A DNA stretch of 64,000 nucleotides. Origin: a virus. The translations under genes and the position numbers were made by a program. Of this stretch, positions 34,475 to 44,067 are shown piece after piece; position 1 is the stretch's first letter; the number at the start of each line of letters is the position of its first letter. The notes below the pieces were generated by a model. It did no database searches. It saw only the letters and a list, made by a program, of their open reading frames with translations, and was not told the DNA's origin. The stretch covers positions 6,156-70,155 of IMG/VR virus record IMGVR_UViG_3300047409_000171; one strand, written 5' to 3'.

Positions 34475-37461
34475 TGGGCAAGGGGTCAAATACGACTCAG
34501 ACCAATTCGTCCAGCGCTTCCTCGACGCGCCCGGACGATAACGCCTACCAAGCCTATTTGGCGCTGATGAACCGCGCCAGCGGCGTCGCCAGTACCCCGT
34601 ATCAGGCCTATGGCGGTGAGGAGACAGCACCGATCAATGCTCAGCAGCAGGCTGGATTTGGGGCGATCAACACTGCGCAAGGCAACATCACCGCGACTGG
34701 TACGCCGATCAGCGCGGCGGACATCCAGCGATATCAAGACCCGTACACCAGCAGCGTTATTGATGCGACGCAAAAGGACTTCGATGTCCAGAACGCGCGC
34801 CAGCAGTCTCAGACCACGGGCAATGCGGCGGCTCAGGGGGCTTTGGGCGGGGATCGATCGGCGGTCGCAGCGGCATTGACGGCGGAGGGCCAGTCGAGGT
34901 CTCAGGCACCGATTATCGCAGGATTGCGGTCTCAGGGCTATCAGTCGGCGGTCAAGACGGCTGAGGATCAGCAACAGCAGGCGTTGCGGGCTGGCGTGGC
35001 TGGACTTCAGGGCGGTCAGGCCATGGTTGGGGCCGGCACGCTCGAGCAGCAGACCCAGCAGGCCAAGGATACTCAAGGGCGGATGGATTACTACCAGGCG
35101 CAGGGTTATCCCTTCCAAGTTGCACAGTGGCTTGCCCAGATTGATACCGGCGTCGGGTCTCAGCTTGGCGGCACGGGGACGAACACGGGGACATCGGTCA
35201 AACAGGGACCACAGCCGAATCAGTTTGCGCAATTGGCAGGCCTTGGTTTGGCTGGGGCGAGCATGTTTGCCAATCGTGGCGGGCGCGTGTCTGGCGTGCA
35301 TCGGTTTGCCGACGGTGGCGCAATTAGGCTTTCTGACGATGAAATTCACGCTTTCCGCGAATGGAAGGCCAAGCATTATCCGGACGATAAGGTCGCTGGC
35401 GTTCACGGCTATGCCGGAGGCGGTTCCCCATGGGGCATTCAGCAGACATGGATACCGCAAGTTGGGGGTATTGCGGCTGGCCGTGGTGCTCCGCAGGCAC
35501 CGTCATTGCCGTCTGACCCTGGCTCGCCGGAGCAGCAAAAGGGACTGTCTGCGGACCAGATGAAGGGCATCGGAGGGATTGGGAAGAAGATTTTCGGCGG
35601 AGATGATTCCAACATTGGAGATTTCACCGGCACTGTAAATCCAGACGGCTCTACCACTGGCCAGAGTTATGGCGGCTATGAAGGGGACAGCGGTGGGTGG
35701 GGTTCTATGGGCGGCGTGGAATATCCGGCCTTTAACCATGGTGGTCGGGTGCGCCGATACGCCACCGGCGGTTCCCCATTGCTTGAGGATGACGATGGAA
35801 CCTACCGGCCCATGGCGGCTGGCGTAGGGGCATCGCGGCCGGCCTTTGATGTGGTCAACCCGGATCAGCCGTTCCGGATGCTGGACCGGCCCTCGGAGGA
35901 CAGCGAGCCGCCGGCGCTCGATAATTGGCGCAAGGGCGTCGATAGGGACGTTGGCCTTGGCCAGAGTTCCCAGAATGAGGCGGCACCGTTGCCACCGGAG
36001 GTCATATCCGGCCGGTCCAAGCCGCCTGTGATGGCCCGTGGTGCGCCTGAGGAAGGCGACGAGGGGTCGTCCCAGACTCTGGGCTATTCCGCCCCGAGGC
36101 TTATCAGCGGCGTGGGTGCCCCTCCGCCGCAGTCTGAAGGCACTCCGGACGAAGGTTTCCTATCCCGACTTGGTGTCAGAATGACGCCGGAGCTCAAACA
36201 GGGGCTATTGCAAGCCGGATTGTCCATGATGGCAACCCGCCACGGCGGGCCAGGTTCGTTCCTGCAGGCGGCCGGCGAAGCTGGCATGACGGGGGTCGGT
36301 GCCTATTCGCAGACGCAGCAATTGGCACAGGAACAGGCCGAGAAGGCGCGCAAGGAGGCATTCGAGCGCGAGAAGTTTGAGGCTCCGTTCACCCGTTCGA
36401 CATTGGCACAGCAGGAGACCGCGCGGCACAACAAGGCTCAAGAGGCCAAGGACTACAAGCCTACCTATGGGGTGATTCGGAAGGATATTGATCCGAACAC
36501 AGGATTCCAGAAGGAGGTCTATGGCTGGATCGACCCCAACACGAAGAAGGTGGTCGAGGCACCGGATCAGAAGGCCGCTTCCGAGTCGGTCGGCTCGCCG
36601 GTCCCGCCGTCTACGGCCGCAGCTTCAACGGGCTATGACTATAGCAAGGATGCGCCTCGCGTCGACAAGGGCGCAGATGTTCCTGAGCCGAAGGGCCTTT
36701 CCGGTAAATCCGCCGCATCCGTTAAGGCTGACGCTGAATACTACGCCCAGACTGGCAAACTGCCTCCGGTTCGCGCTGGGCAAAGTCCAGTTGCCGTCGT
36801 CCAGCAGAACTATCGCAACGCGGTGCAAAACTACGGCAACGCTCTAGCCGAATCGCGCGGCATCAACCCGTCGCAGTTGGCGGAGATGTGGCGGACGGCT
36901 CCGGGGCAACTGCGGTTTGTTCTTGGAGCGGACGGTCGCGCCACGGTATCGCTCGGCACTGCGGTCCGGCATCTGGATACTATCCAGCAATTGGCTGATG
37001 CATGGGGGTCTGGGAATGTGCAGGCTCTCAACAAGATAAAGGCGGCTGTTGCCAAGCAGTTCGGCGATGCGTCCGTCACCAATCTTGAATCGGCTGGCAG
37101 CATTGTCGGGCCTGAAATCATCAAGGCGCTCGGCGTTGCTGGTGCTGGTACCGAACATGATCGTAATACGGCAGCGGCACAGTTTGCCGCCGCGCGGACG
37201 CCGGAACAGATAAAGGGAGCGGTCAAGACCGTGCAGGCCTTGTTGGGTGGCCAGCTTGAGGGCAAGAAGCGTCAGGCTGCAGCGGCCGGCGTATCGGAAG
37301 AAAAATTCAAGAGCCTCATCGGGGATCGACCATATGAGATTCTGAGCGGGTCCGAGAAGGGGCATGGCACCACGGGCGAGCCAGCCAAATCCGAAAAGCC
37401 AAAGACCGTTATCCAGAATGGCCACACTTATACGCTGCAACCTGATGGCAGTTACAAATGA
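34474..37461 (+). CDS. Large internal virion / DNA ejection protein
   Basis: MGKG..TT start, PYQAY.G, YQDPYT..V, GA.GG.R; Gln/Ala/Gly-rich. Confidence 0.7.
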   Translation: MGKGSNTTQTNSSSASSTRPDDNAYQAYLALMNRASGVASTPYQAYGGEETAPINAQQQAGFGAINTAQGNITATGTPISAADIQRYQDPYTSSVIDATQKDFDVQNARQQSQTTGNAAAQGALGGDRSAVAAALTAEGQSRSQAPIIAGLRSQGYQSAVKTAEDQQQQALRAGVAGLQGGQAMVGAGTLEQQTQQAKDTQGRMDYYQAQGYPFQVAQWLAQIDTGVGSQLGGTGTNTGTSVKQGPQPNQFAQLAGLGLAGASMFANRGGRVSGVHRFADGGAIRLSDDEIHAFREWKAKHYPDDKVAGVHGYAGGGSPWGIQQTWIPQVGGIAAGRGAPQAPSLPSDPGSPEQQKGLSADQMKGIGGIGKKIFGGDDSNIGDFTGTVNPDGSTTGQSYGGYEGDSGGWGSMGGVEYPAFNHGGRVRRYATGGSPLLEDDDGTYRPMAAGVGASRPAFDVVNPDQPFRMLDRPSEDSEPPALDNWRKGVDRDVGLGQSSQNEAAPLPPEVISGRSKPPVMARGAPEEGDEGSSQTLGYSAPRLISGVGAPPPQSEGTPDEGFLSRLGVRMTPELKQGLLQAGLSMMATRHGGPGSFLQAAGEAGMTGVGAYSQTQQLAQEQAEKARKEAFEREKFEAPFTRSTLAQQETARHNKAQEAKDYKPTYGVIRKDIDPNTGFQKEVYGWIDPNTKKVVEAPDQKAASESVGSPVPPSTAAASTGYDYSKDAPRVDKGADVPEPKGLSGKSAASVKADAEYYAQTGKLPPVRAGQSPVAVVQQNYRNAVQNYGNALAESRGINPSQLAEMWRTAPGQLRFVLGADGRATVSLGTAVRHLDTIQQLADAWGSGNVQALNKIKAAVAKQFGDASVTNLESAGSIVGPEIIKALGVAGAGTEHDRNTAAAQFAAARTPEQIKGAVKTVQALLGGQLEGKKRQAAAAGVSEEKFKSLIGDRPYEILSGSEKGHGTTGEPAKSEKPKTVIQNGHTYTLQPDGSYK

Positions 37462-39125
37462 GCGATGAGAAGCCGCCGTTTGATCCGAACAAGCCGTTTG
37501 AGGCTGAAAAGCCTGCGTTCAATCCGGATCAGCCATTTGAGACGCCAAAGGACTTTTCTTGGTCCAAGGCTGTCACCGATATTCCTTCCGAAATCGGAAA
37601 TGAGGCTGGCAAGGCGTGGTCGGATATCTCTGCATTAAGCAATCGTGGCCAGCAGGGTCCGATTGAAGGATTGTTGACGACTGGCAAGGCGGCGTTGGCA
37701 GTGCCTCGGCTGGCGATGTCCCCAGTTACGGGGGCTGCAAGGTCTCTTGTCGGTCACACGATGGCAAATCTCGAGCACAAGGCCGGTGAGTACATCAATC
37801 CCGAGGTCGCGGCTAAGGATGATCCGGAGAAGATGTACGAAACAGCGAAGGGCGATGTTGACACGGCGATGTCTGCAATGCGTCCTGCAGGCAATCCTGT
37901 GAAGATCGCGGGTGCCTACGAGTGGAAAACCCCTAAGCCGTCCCAATCGCCTGCCGTTGGCGTTACGAAGCAGCCGGAAACTGAGGCGTTCTTTGATGCT
38001 GCGGACGCCAATTATTCCAACATGCGCGGGCTTGGCGTTGAGATTCACCCGCAGGCAATGAACCGCGTGGCGGATAACATCCTCACCGAATTGCACACGG
38101 AGGGTTATCGTCCGCGAAATGCGCCCGGCGTATTTGATGCGGTTGAGGAACTGCGCGCGCCAGCGGGCGCAAACCATGAAATCTCAGATATTGATTCGGT
38201 AAGGAAGGTGCTGAATAGGGCTCGGATGGACCCCGCACAAAGGGATGCGGCTCGCCGAGCCATCAACCATATCGACGACTATCTCGCGGACCTGCACAAA
38301 AATCCCAATGACATTGTGGTAAACCCGCACTTTGCGCAGAAGCTTTCGGATGAGGCTGTTGCGGCGAGGGCTAACTATGCCGCTGCCAAGCGAGCAGAGG
38401 ACGTTGATGAAGCGCTGGACAAGGCTGAGCGTGCTGCGGCGCGGGCTGGCTCTGGCGGGAATATCAACAACGCCATTCGTCAGGCCCTAAGTTCGTTGCG
38501 TAACAACAAAAAGAAGATGGCTGGGTGGACCGATGCCGAGAAGGCAGAACTGGATGCTGTAATCAACGGAAGCCGGACCGGGAATGCTGCTCGTCAGGCT
38601 GGCAAGTTTGCGCCGCACGGCATTGTCTCTACGGTCATGTCGGCTGGCGCTGGGCATGCTTTAATGCCCGGCATTGGCGAGATTGCCGTACCTGGGCTCG
38701 GGTTCATCGCCAAAAAGATCGGAGATCGGATTACTCAGTCCGGCGCTGATCGCCTGAGCAACGTCATCAAGTCTCGGTCTCCCCTTGGGAAGCAGACCAG
38801 CATTAACACTGCGGCGCAGTCGGCATTTGCTCCGCAATCAAGCCGTCCGGCGATCACGTCAACTGTGGCCAATGCGGGCTTGCCGAGCCCCACCCAAAAC
38901 CTGCCCCTTCGGCAGATTCAGAACCTCATGGGGGCAGCAGCAGACGATGAAAAGAAGCGCCCACGGAAACGGGACAACGAGCCAGATCAGGGTGCAGGCG
39001 GCAAGTCTCATGGTGGCGGCATTCGACGGGAAACTGGCGGCGCGGTCAAGCGCGCATTGCAGTCCTTGCAGGAGTATGCGGACGGCGGCGCTACCGAGAT
39101 CAGCGGAGTTGGCTTGCGTCCGTAG
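37458..39125 (+). CDS. Internal virion / DNA ejection protein
   Basis: FDP.KPF N-terminal repeats, helical Ala-rich body. Confidence 0.65.
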   Translation: MSDEKPPFDPNKPFEAEKPAFNPDQPFETPKDFSWSKAVTDIPSEIGNEAGKAWSDISALSNRGQQGPIEGLLTTGKAALAVPRLAMSPVTGAARSLVGHTMANLEHKAGEYINPEVAAKDDPEKMYETAKGDVDTAMSAMRPAGNPVKIAGAYEWKTPKPSQSPAVGVTKQPETEAFFDAADANYSNMRGLGVEIHPQAMNRVADNILTELHTEGYRPRNAPGVFDAVEELRAPAGANHEISDIDSVRKVLNRARMDPAQRDAARRAINHIDDYLADLHKNPNDIVVNPHFAQKLSDEAVAARANYAAAKRAEDVDEALDKAERAAARAGSGGNINNAIRQALSSLRNNKKKMAGWTDAEKAELDAVINGSRTGNAARQAGKFAPHGIVSTVMSAGAGHALMPGIGEIAVPGLGFIAKKIGDRITQSGADRLSNVIKSRSPLGKQTSINTAAQSAFAPQSSRPAITSTVANAGLPSPTQNLPLRQIQNLMGAAADDEKKRPRKRDNEPDQGAGGKSHGGGIRRETGGAVKRALQSLQEYADGGATEISGVGLRP

Positions 39126-39141
39126 TGTTTCACGTGAAACA
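39126..39141. promoter_or_regulatory. parS: parS site (bacterial chromosomal consensus)
   Basis: Perfect palindrome TGTTTCACGTGAAACA, intergenic. Confidence 0.85.
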
Positions 39142-39278
39142 GTGCCCCTATTTCAAGTTGCACCGATAAGTGGTAAGTTCCATCCACCCGAGCCAGTGCT
39201 GCCACTGGCGTTGACGCGGTTAGCGTCTGACGGGCTGCCCCGCTGGCATCCATTTTCAATCACGAATCGCGGGGTTAC

Positions 39279-40199
39279 ATGGTCGACGTTGTCGCTCTTA
39301 GAGCCGCGAATGCCCAGCGGTGGGCAAATGCCAAGGTAACGCGGAATTTCACCGCGATAGCCCACGATCTTGTCATGGCCAAGGCCCGGTATCAGGCCGT
39401 AGAGGCCAAGACCGGCGTTCCGTGGTTTGTGATTGCCGTCATCCATGAGCGCGAGTCGTCCCAGAACTGGGGTAGGTCGCTGGCTCAGGGCGACCCGTGG
39501 AGCCACGTTTCGACGCATGTTCCGGCTGGTCGAGGACCGTTTCCATCGTGGGAAGCTGCAGCCATTGACGCCTTGGTGAACTGCGGCCCCTACCTCGCTC
39601 GGAAGAAATGGCGGGACGCTGGAGAAATTCTCACTAATCTCGAGCTATACAACGGCAGTGGGTACGCCTCTAAGGGGCGCCCATCGCCCTATGACTGGGC
39701 CGGCACCAACCAGTATGTCTCCGGCAAATACATCGCCGACGGGGTCTATGACCCGTCCCACGTCGACACCCAACCAGGCTGTGCCGGAATGATCCTCGCC
39801 ATGATGGCGTTGGACGCAACGATCAAGATGGATGGCGTGGTGGTCGTGCCGCCCATCTTCCCGCCGATCCCCGTCGCAATCCGGGACGGCGCATGGCTGC
39901 AGACCTCGCTCAATCGGCTCGGGGCCAACCCGCAATTGGCTGTGGACGGGACCGTTGGGCCCGCCACCAGAAACGCCGTGCGGGCGTTCCAGATGAGCAT
40001 GGGGCTCGTCGTGGATGGTCTTGTCGGCCCGGCCACGTTTGCCGCGCTGGACAAGGCCCTAGCTGCAGGCAAGCCAATTCCGCAACTTCCCGTGCCGCCT
40101 GAAATCGTATTGCCGCCGCCCGGGACGCAGGCCCGCGCCGATCTAGCACCGACGTTCTGGGGCCGCGTACTGGATTTATTCAGACCAAAGGTGAAATAG
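39279..40199 (+). CDS. Endolysin (lysozyme-like plus peptidoglycan-binding domain)
   Basis: VPW..IAVIH.RESS, P.GRGPF..WE, E.YNG.GY, GKYIADG; LQ..LN.LG....VDG..GP.T..AVRAFQ. Confidence 0.9.
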   Translation: MVDVVALRAANAQRWANAKVTRNFTAIAHDLVMAKARYQAVEAKTGVPWFVIAVIHERESSQNWGRSLAQGDPWSHVSTHVPAGRGPFPSWEAAAIDALVNCGPYLARKKWRDAGEILTNLELYNGSGYASKGRPSPYDWAGTNQYVSGKYIADGVYDPSHVDTQPGCAGMILAMMALDATIKMDGVVVVPPIFPPIPVAIRDGAWLQTSLNRLGANPQLAVDGTVGPATRNAVRAFQMSMGLVVDGLVGPATFAALDKALAAGKPIPQLPVPPEIVLPPPGTQARADLAPTFWGRVLDLFRPKVK

Positions 40200-40201
40200 C
40201 G

Positions 40202-40519
40202 ATGTTTGACCTAAACAATTGGGGAAGGGTGCTTGTTTCGACCATCGTTGTGGGAGGATTTTTTTATATCCTGTTCTTGATTATTACACTGAAAGCACAG
40301 GGCAGCAGTCCTTCGGAGGTGCAGCTTGTGATGCTTGGCGCACTTGGTCAGGCGTTCGGTCAGGTCATCTCATATTGGGTTGGATCATCGGCAAGCAGTG
40401 CCAAGAAAGATGAGGCCAGCGCCAAAAAGGACGAGGTAATCCAGACTATGGCAGCTACCGCAACCGGTACTGGTTCAGGAACGAATAATCATGCCGCTGG
40501 CTCGGGGTCGAGGCCATGA
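40202..40519 (+). CDS. Holin-like membrane protein
   Basis: Two TM segments, LGAL...F.QVISYW.GSS.SS..KD. Confidence 0.7.
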   Translation: MFDLNNWGRVLVSTIVVGGFFYILFLIITLKAQGSSPSEVQLVMLGALGQAFGQVISYWVGSSASSAKKDEASAKKDEVIQTMAATATGTGSGTNNHAAGSGSRP

Positions 40520-41007
40520 TTTCGGGCATCGTCGCAATCCTCGGGGCGATTACCGGGCTAGTCCCGGCAATCATGCAGTGGCTAACATTGAAGGCTAACA
40601 ATGCACACCAGCAGGCAATGGCGGAGCTCCAGCTCGAAGCTGCTAAGCAAGGAACGGCGCTACAGATTGATTTGGCTAATGCTCAGGCCGATATCAAAGA
40701 GGCAGAATATATTCACTCTTTTGCTGCTGGCACTTCTGGGAACAGGTTTGTCGACGCTTTGTCGGTATTCGTGCGGCCCTACATTACATTGGTTTTCTTC
40801 CATTTCTGGCTTTTGATCGAGGCCGCCTTGTTCGTCTATGGCGTGAACAACGGCTACGACTTAGGGCAACTCTCCAAACTGCTGTGGGACGAAAACACAT
40901 CCGGTATTTTTGGTGCCATCATAGGATTTTGGTTCGGCACTAGGATGATGACGCGGGGCTCTCAGATGGCAGCAACTCTTGCAGTGACGCAGAAAGGGAA
41001 GTCTTGA
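40516..41007 (+). CDS. Holin-like 3-TM protein
   Basis: VRPYIT, IIGFWFG.R. Confidence 0.7.
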   Translation: MISGIVAILGAITGLVPAIMQWLTLKANNAHQQAMAELQLEAAKQGTALQIDLANAQADIKEAEYIHSFAAGTSGNRFVDALSVFVRPYITLVFFHFWLLIEAALFVYGVNNGYDLGQLSKLLWDENTSGIFGAIIGFWFGTRMMTRGSQMAATLAVTQKGKS

Positions 41008-41644
41008 ACTTTTCTCGTGCAGATACGGCGTCCTCTATTCGATCAAAGCCGCCTAGGTAGGTTCTCACACCCTTTGTCATAAGGTTAGCATGCCATCTAC
41101 CGTCCGCCATTTGGAATACCCCCGTGAATCCCGATCGGTTCTTTGTAGAACGCTTTCGGTCAAGCGTCATTGGTCGCTTGTTTTGAGCCTGTTCTTTACG
41201 AGTGGCCCAACGGCAGTTGCCGGGCTCGTAGTCGCCGTCGTTATCGATGCGATCAATGGACCGTCCCTCTGGGCGTGGTCCCATGTCAGCATAGAAGTTT
41301 TCAAAAATTTCCCATCTTTTGCAGACCTTAATGCCGCGTCCGCCATAGTTCTTATAGGCTGGATGGTTTGGGTTTTGGCATCTGCTGAGCATGCCACCCC
41401 ATGTGGAATACTCGCGCGTTCCATACATTCCATGCGTCGCGGTACAGCCCATTTTCGCGCAGCCGCACGATATCGTCATCCCCTGACGAGCGAGAGAGGC
41501 TCTTGTGATGCATTCGTTGCCGCAGTCACAACGGAATATCCAAAGGATAACCCCGTGCCGGTTATAGCCAGCGAATTCCAAGGCCGTAAGGCTGCCGTAC
41601 CGTTGACCGGCTGCCATTTTCGGGAGTTTAGTGTTGTTAGCCAT
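40940..41644 (-). CDS. HNH-related homing endonuclease with AP2-like C-terminus (antisense insertion)
   Basis: [40 protein letters not shown]. Confidence 0.9.
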   Translation of the reverse strand: MANNTKLPKMAAGQRYGSLTALEFAGYNRHGVILWIFRCDCGNECITRASLARQGMTISCGCAKMGCTATHGMYGTREYSTWGGMLSRCQNPNHPAYKNYGGRGIKVCKRWEIFENFYADMGPRPEGRSIDRIDNDGDYEPGNCRWATRKEQAQNKRPMTLDRKRSTKNRSGFTGVFQMADGRWHANLMTKGVRTYLGGFDRIEDAVSAREKFKTSLSASLQELLPSESPASSS

Positions 41645-41742
41645 TTTGTCCTCTCAAGCAGGATGATGTGGTCAGGCCCGGCCGGTGTTATCAGCACCGC
41701 GCTCCGGGCCGTTCTGTTTACCACAGCCAGAGGGAACGTAAA

Positions 41743-41907
41743 ATGACCGCTTGGATTATCTCCGGTATCCTTGGCTTTGTCGCTGGCGGCTCGTTCATCT
41801 GGTTCGGCCGCACTACCATTGAGAAACTGGTAATCGGCGCGAATGCATTGTCGGCAAAATTACATGCAAAGGCAGACGCTATAGCCCAATCGGTGCGTAA
41901 GGTGTGA
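41743..41907 (+). CDS. Small membrane protein
   Basis: N-terminal TM segment, GAGGG RBS. Confidence 0.55.
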   Translation: MTAWIISGILGFVAGGSFIWFGRTTIEKLVIGANALSAKLHAKADAIAQSVRKV

Positions 41908-41935
41908 ATCACCCAATGGAAATCGCGATGGGGCA

Positions 41936-42274
41936 ATGATGGCAAGGCGCAAGACTGTGACTAGCATCGGCGACGAAGACTCAATGCCCAACAAGTGGCA
42001 CGTTAACCGCGGCATCCCTGTCGTTTGGTTGATCGGCAGTCTATTCATTGGGCTTGCCCAATTTGGCGGGTTAATTTGGTATGCGTCGCAGTTTAACACA
42101 CGAGTGGAAGTGGTTGAAAAGGTGCAGACGACGGCAACGGCGGCATTCGAGAAGATGCAGAACAACTCTATCTTGCAGGGCGAGCGCTTAACGCGGCTTG
42201 AGGAAAAAGTCGTAGCGGTGCAGGCGACTGCAAACAGGATCGAGGCTCTATTGACGCCAGTAAAAACTAGGTGA
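41936..42274 (+). CDS. Membrane protein with coiled coil (lysis module)
   Basis: TM segment then RVEVVE...RLTRLEE. Confidence 0.6.
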   Translation: MMARRKTVTSIGDEDSMPNKWHVNRGIPVVWLIGSLFIGLAQFGGLIWYASQFNTRVEVVEKVQTTATAAFEKMQNNSILQGERLTRLEEKVVAVQATANRIEALLTPVKTR

Positions 42275-42298
42275 TTTTTCGGGGTATGGGGTAGATGA

Positions 42299-42757
42299 AT
42301 GGCAGTGAGTAGCACTGGCTGGACGTTAGATACACTTCAGGAACATTTTCGGGCACTGGACGCGGCCAACGAAAAGTTCATGCAGGAGCGTGACCGGCGT
42401 TATTCCGAGGTAAACATCGAACGCGAGAAGGCGCTCAAGATCAAGGAAGAAGCCGACAAGGCAGCGCTTGGCCTCGCCCGCGAAATCCAGAGCTACAAGG
42501 ACGAGAAGGCCAACCAGCTTCGCGAGCAGATCACCGGAGAGCGCGGCAGTTTCGCCAGCAAGGATGATCTGGCGGCGGCCATCCGCGAAGTCAGTGCATC
42601 TATCGCTCCACTGACAGCCTACGTTCAAGGTGTAGGTGGAGCGAATCGGCAAACGGCATCTTCAATCACTATGATTGTCGCAGGCGCGACGGTGGTCAAT
42701 GTCATCATTGTTGGGCTTGGGTTGCTGATAGCTTTTATGTCCATGCGTGGGCGATGA
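42299..42757 (+). CDS. Coiled-coil protein with C-terminal TM segment
   Basis: ERDRRY...KANQLR; hydrophobic C-terminus. Confidence 0.65.
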   Translation: MAVSSTGWTLDTLQEHFRALDAANEKFMQERDRRYSEVNIEREKALKIKEEADKAALGLAREIQSYKDEKANQLREQITGERGSFASKDDLAAAIREVSASIAPLTAYVQGVGGANRQTASSITMIVAGATVVNVIIVGLGLLIAFMSMRGR

Positions 42758-42944
42758 CGTGTCGCGCAAGCTCTACCGCTGCCATCGCGTTCGCCAGAAC
42801 AACGGTATTGTTGAAGTGTTTTTGAAACGAGATGCCGACGGGCAAGAGGAAGTCGTCATTTACAACATCATTGCAGAGCCTTCTGCGTACGAAGAAGGCA
42901 AGATGTACTGGTGCGACGACCCTGAACCGGCATTCCCCCACTGA
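42747..42944 (+). CDS. Hypothetical protein
   Basis: ORF fills the gap; start uncertain. Confidence 0.45.
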   Translation: MGDDVSRKLYRCHRVRQNNGIVEVFLKRDADGQEEVVIYNIIAEPSAYEEGKMYWCDDPEPAFPH

Positions 42945-42953
42945 GCAACGAGG

Positions 42954-43535
42954 TTGCTGAACATGCGCGGTACAGATCACTATGGCGGCGGCGGGATGGG
43001 CGTGATCGCCATTGCTGCGGCGATTGTGCTGATCCTGCTGTTGGCATCCTGCACCAACGCGCGGGCGTACCATCCGAACGCAAAACCTACGTTCGGAACA
43101 TACTCGCAGAAGTACCTCGATAAGCAGGAGCGGAAGCGGGTCAACTGCGCCAAGGTCAAGAGGTGCAGAGGCGGACGGGACTTATGTCGTGGAGGCTCTT
43201 GGCAGGCAGAGTCATGTAGCGCTCCTGTTCACCGGATGCTGCGAGTGCGCCCATGGTTCGCGGCGAAGATCCGCCAATATACCACAGCGCTTTTCGATCC
43301 GCTCCAATCCCTGGAACAGCGGCATGTAGGCGAGCCGGAGACGAAACCTGATGATGTCTGCTATGCCCTCGCGGAAGATCATGACCGACTCGTCTCCCCA
43401 TCTCGGGGCAATGCAGCCAAGGCGCCAATCTCTATGCGTTTCAGCGGCTGCGGCGCGGAACCGTTCGGCTCGCGTGCTGTAGCACTCTCGTTGCAGGTTC
43501 AACTCGCTTTCGAGGAAGGCTTGCAGCGCGGTTAG
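42954..43535 (+). CDS. Possible lipoprotein (spanin-like?); 3' half overlaps a convergent gene
   Basis: Hydrophobic stretch ending in LASC lipobox; at the end of the lysis module. Confidence 0.4.
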   Translation: MLNMRGTDHYGGGGMGVIAIAAAIVLILLLASCTNARAYHPNAKPTFGTYSQKYLDKQERKRVNCAKVKRCRGGRDLCRGGSWQAESCSAPVHRMLRVRPWFAAKIRQYTTALFDPLQSLEQRHVGEPETKPDDVCYALAEDHDRLVSPSRGNAAKAPISMRFSGCGAEPFGSRAVALSLQVQLAFEEGLQRG

Positions 43536-43565
43536 GACCGCATCTTCGGTGCCGGTGTTGTTCAT
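43212..43565 (-). CDS. Hypothetical protein
   Basis: ATGA-coupled last gene of the leftward operon. Confidence 0.5.
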   Translation of the reverse strand: MNNTGTEDAVLTALQAFLESELNLQRECYSTRAERFRAAAAETHRDWRLGCIAPRWGDESVMIFREGIADIIRFRLRLAYMPLFQGLERIEKRCGILADLRREPWAHSQHPVNRSAT

Positions 43566-43765
43566 CTGACGTCCCCTCGGAGATAAGGCAAAGATTCCTG
43601 ATGCGCCAATAAGTGCAGGTAAACCAAATCACTAATCTGACCCAGTTGCATTCCGCAAGCAGCCAGCGAGGCTGTGAAAACGACCGTACCGAATTCGCCA
43701 TCGCGATACCGCTGGACGATGCCTGCGATTTTCTCGGACTGCGCCTCTGGATCGTGGAAGGTCAT
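43562..43765 (-). CDS. Hypothetical protein
   Basis: ATGA-coupled at both ends. Confidence 0.55.
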   Translation of the reverse strand: MTFHDPEAQSEKIAGIVQRYRDGEFGTVVFTASLAACGMQLGQISDLVYLHLLAHQESLPYLRGDVR

Positions 43766-44067
43766 CGCGATTTCCACTCCGCTAGGTCGCGCTGATATTG
43801 CCGTACCAGTTCCAGAGTTTTCCGGTCTGGCTTGAACTCCGGGATATCGGCACGCTGGAATATCGGCATTTCCAGCGGACCCCACTTCCTGACCTTCTTT
43901 GCCGTCACCAGTTCGTGCAGCGCCTGCTTGATGTGGTTATAGCTTCCGACGTCCATAGCGCGGTAAACCTGTTTTGCCGTCATCCACGCCGGCGGCCGCG
44001 ACATGGCCGCGAGGACCAGTTCCTGAAACTCTGGCTTTGCGCGCCCATCTCCTCGAGGGCGGGTCAT
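43762..44067 (-). CDS. Winged-helix-like protein
   Basis: MTAKQVY......IKQALHELV..KKV. Confidence 0.55.
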   Translation of the reverse strand: MTRPRGDGRAKPEFQELVLAAMSRPPAWMTAKQVYRAMDVGSYNHIKQALHELVTAKKVRKWGPLEMPIFQRADIPEFKPDRKTLELVRQYQRDLAEWKSR

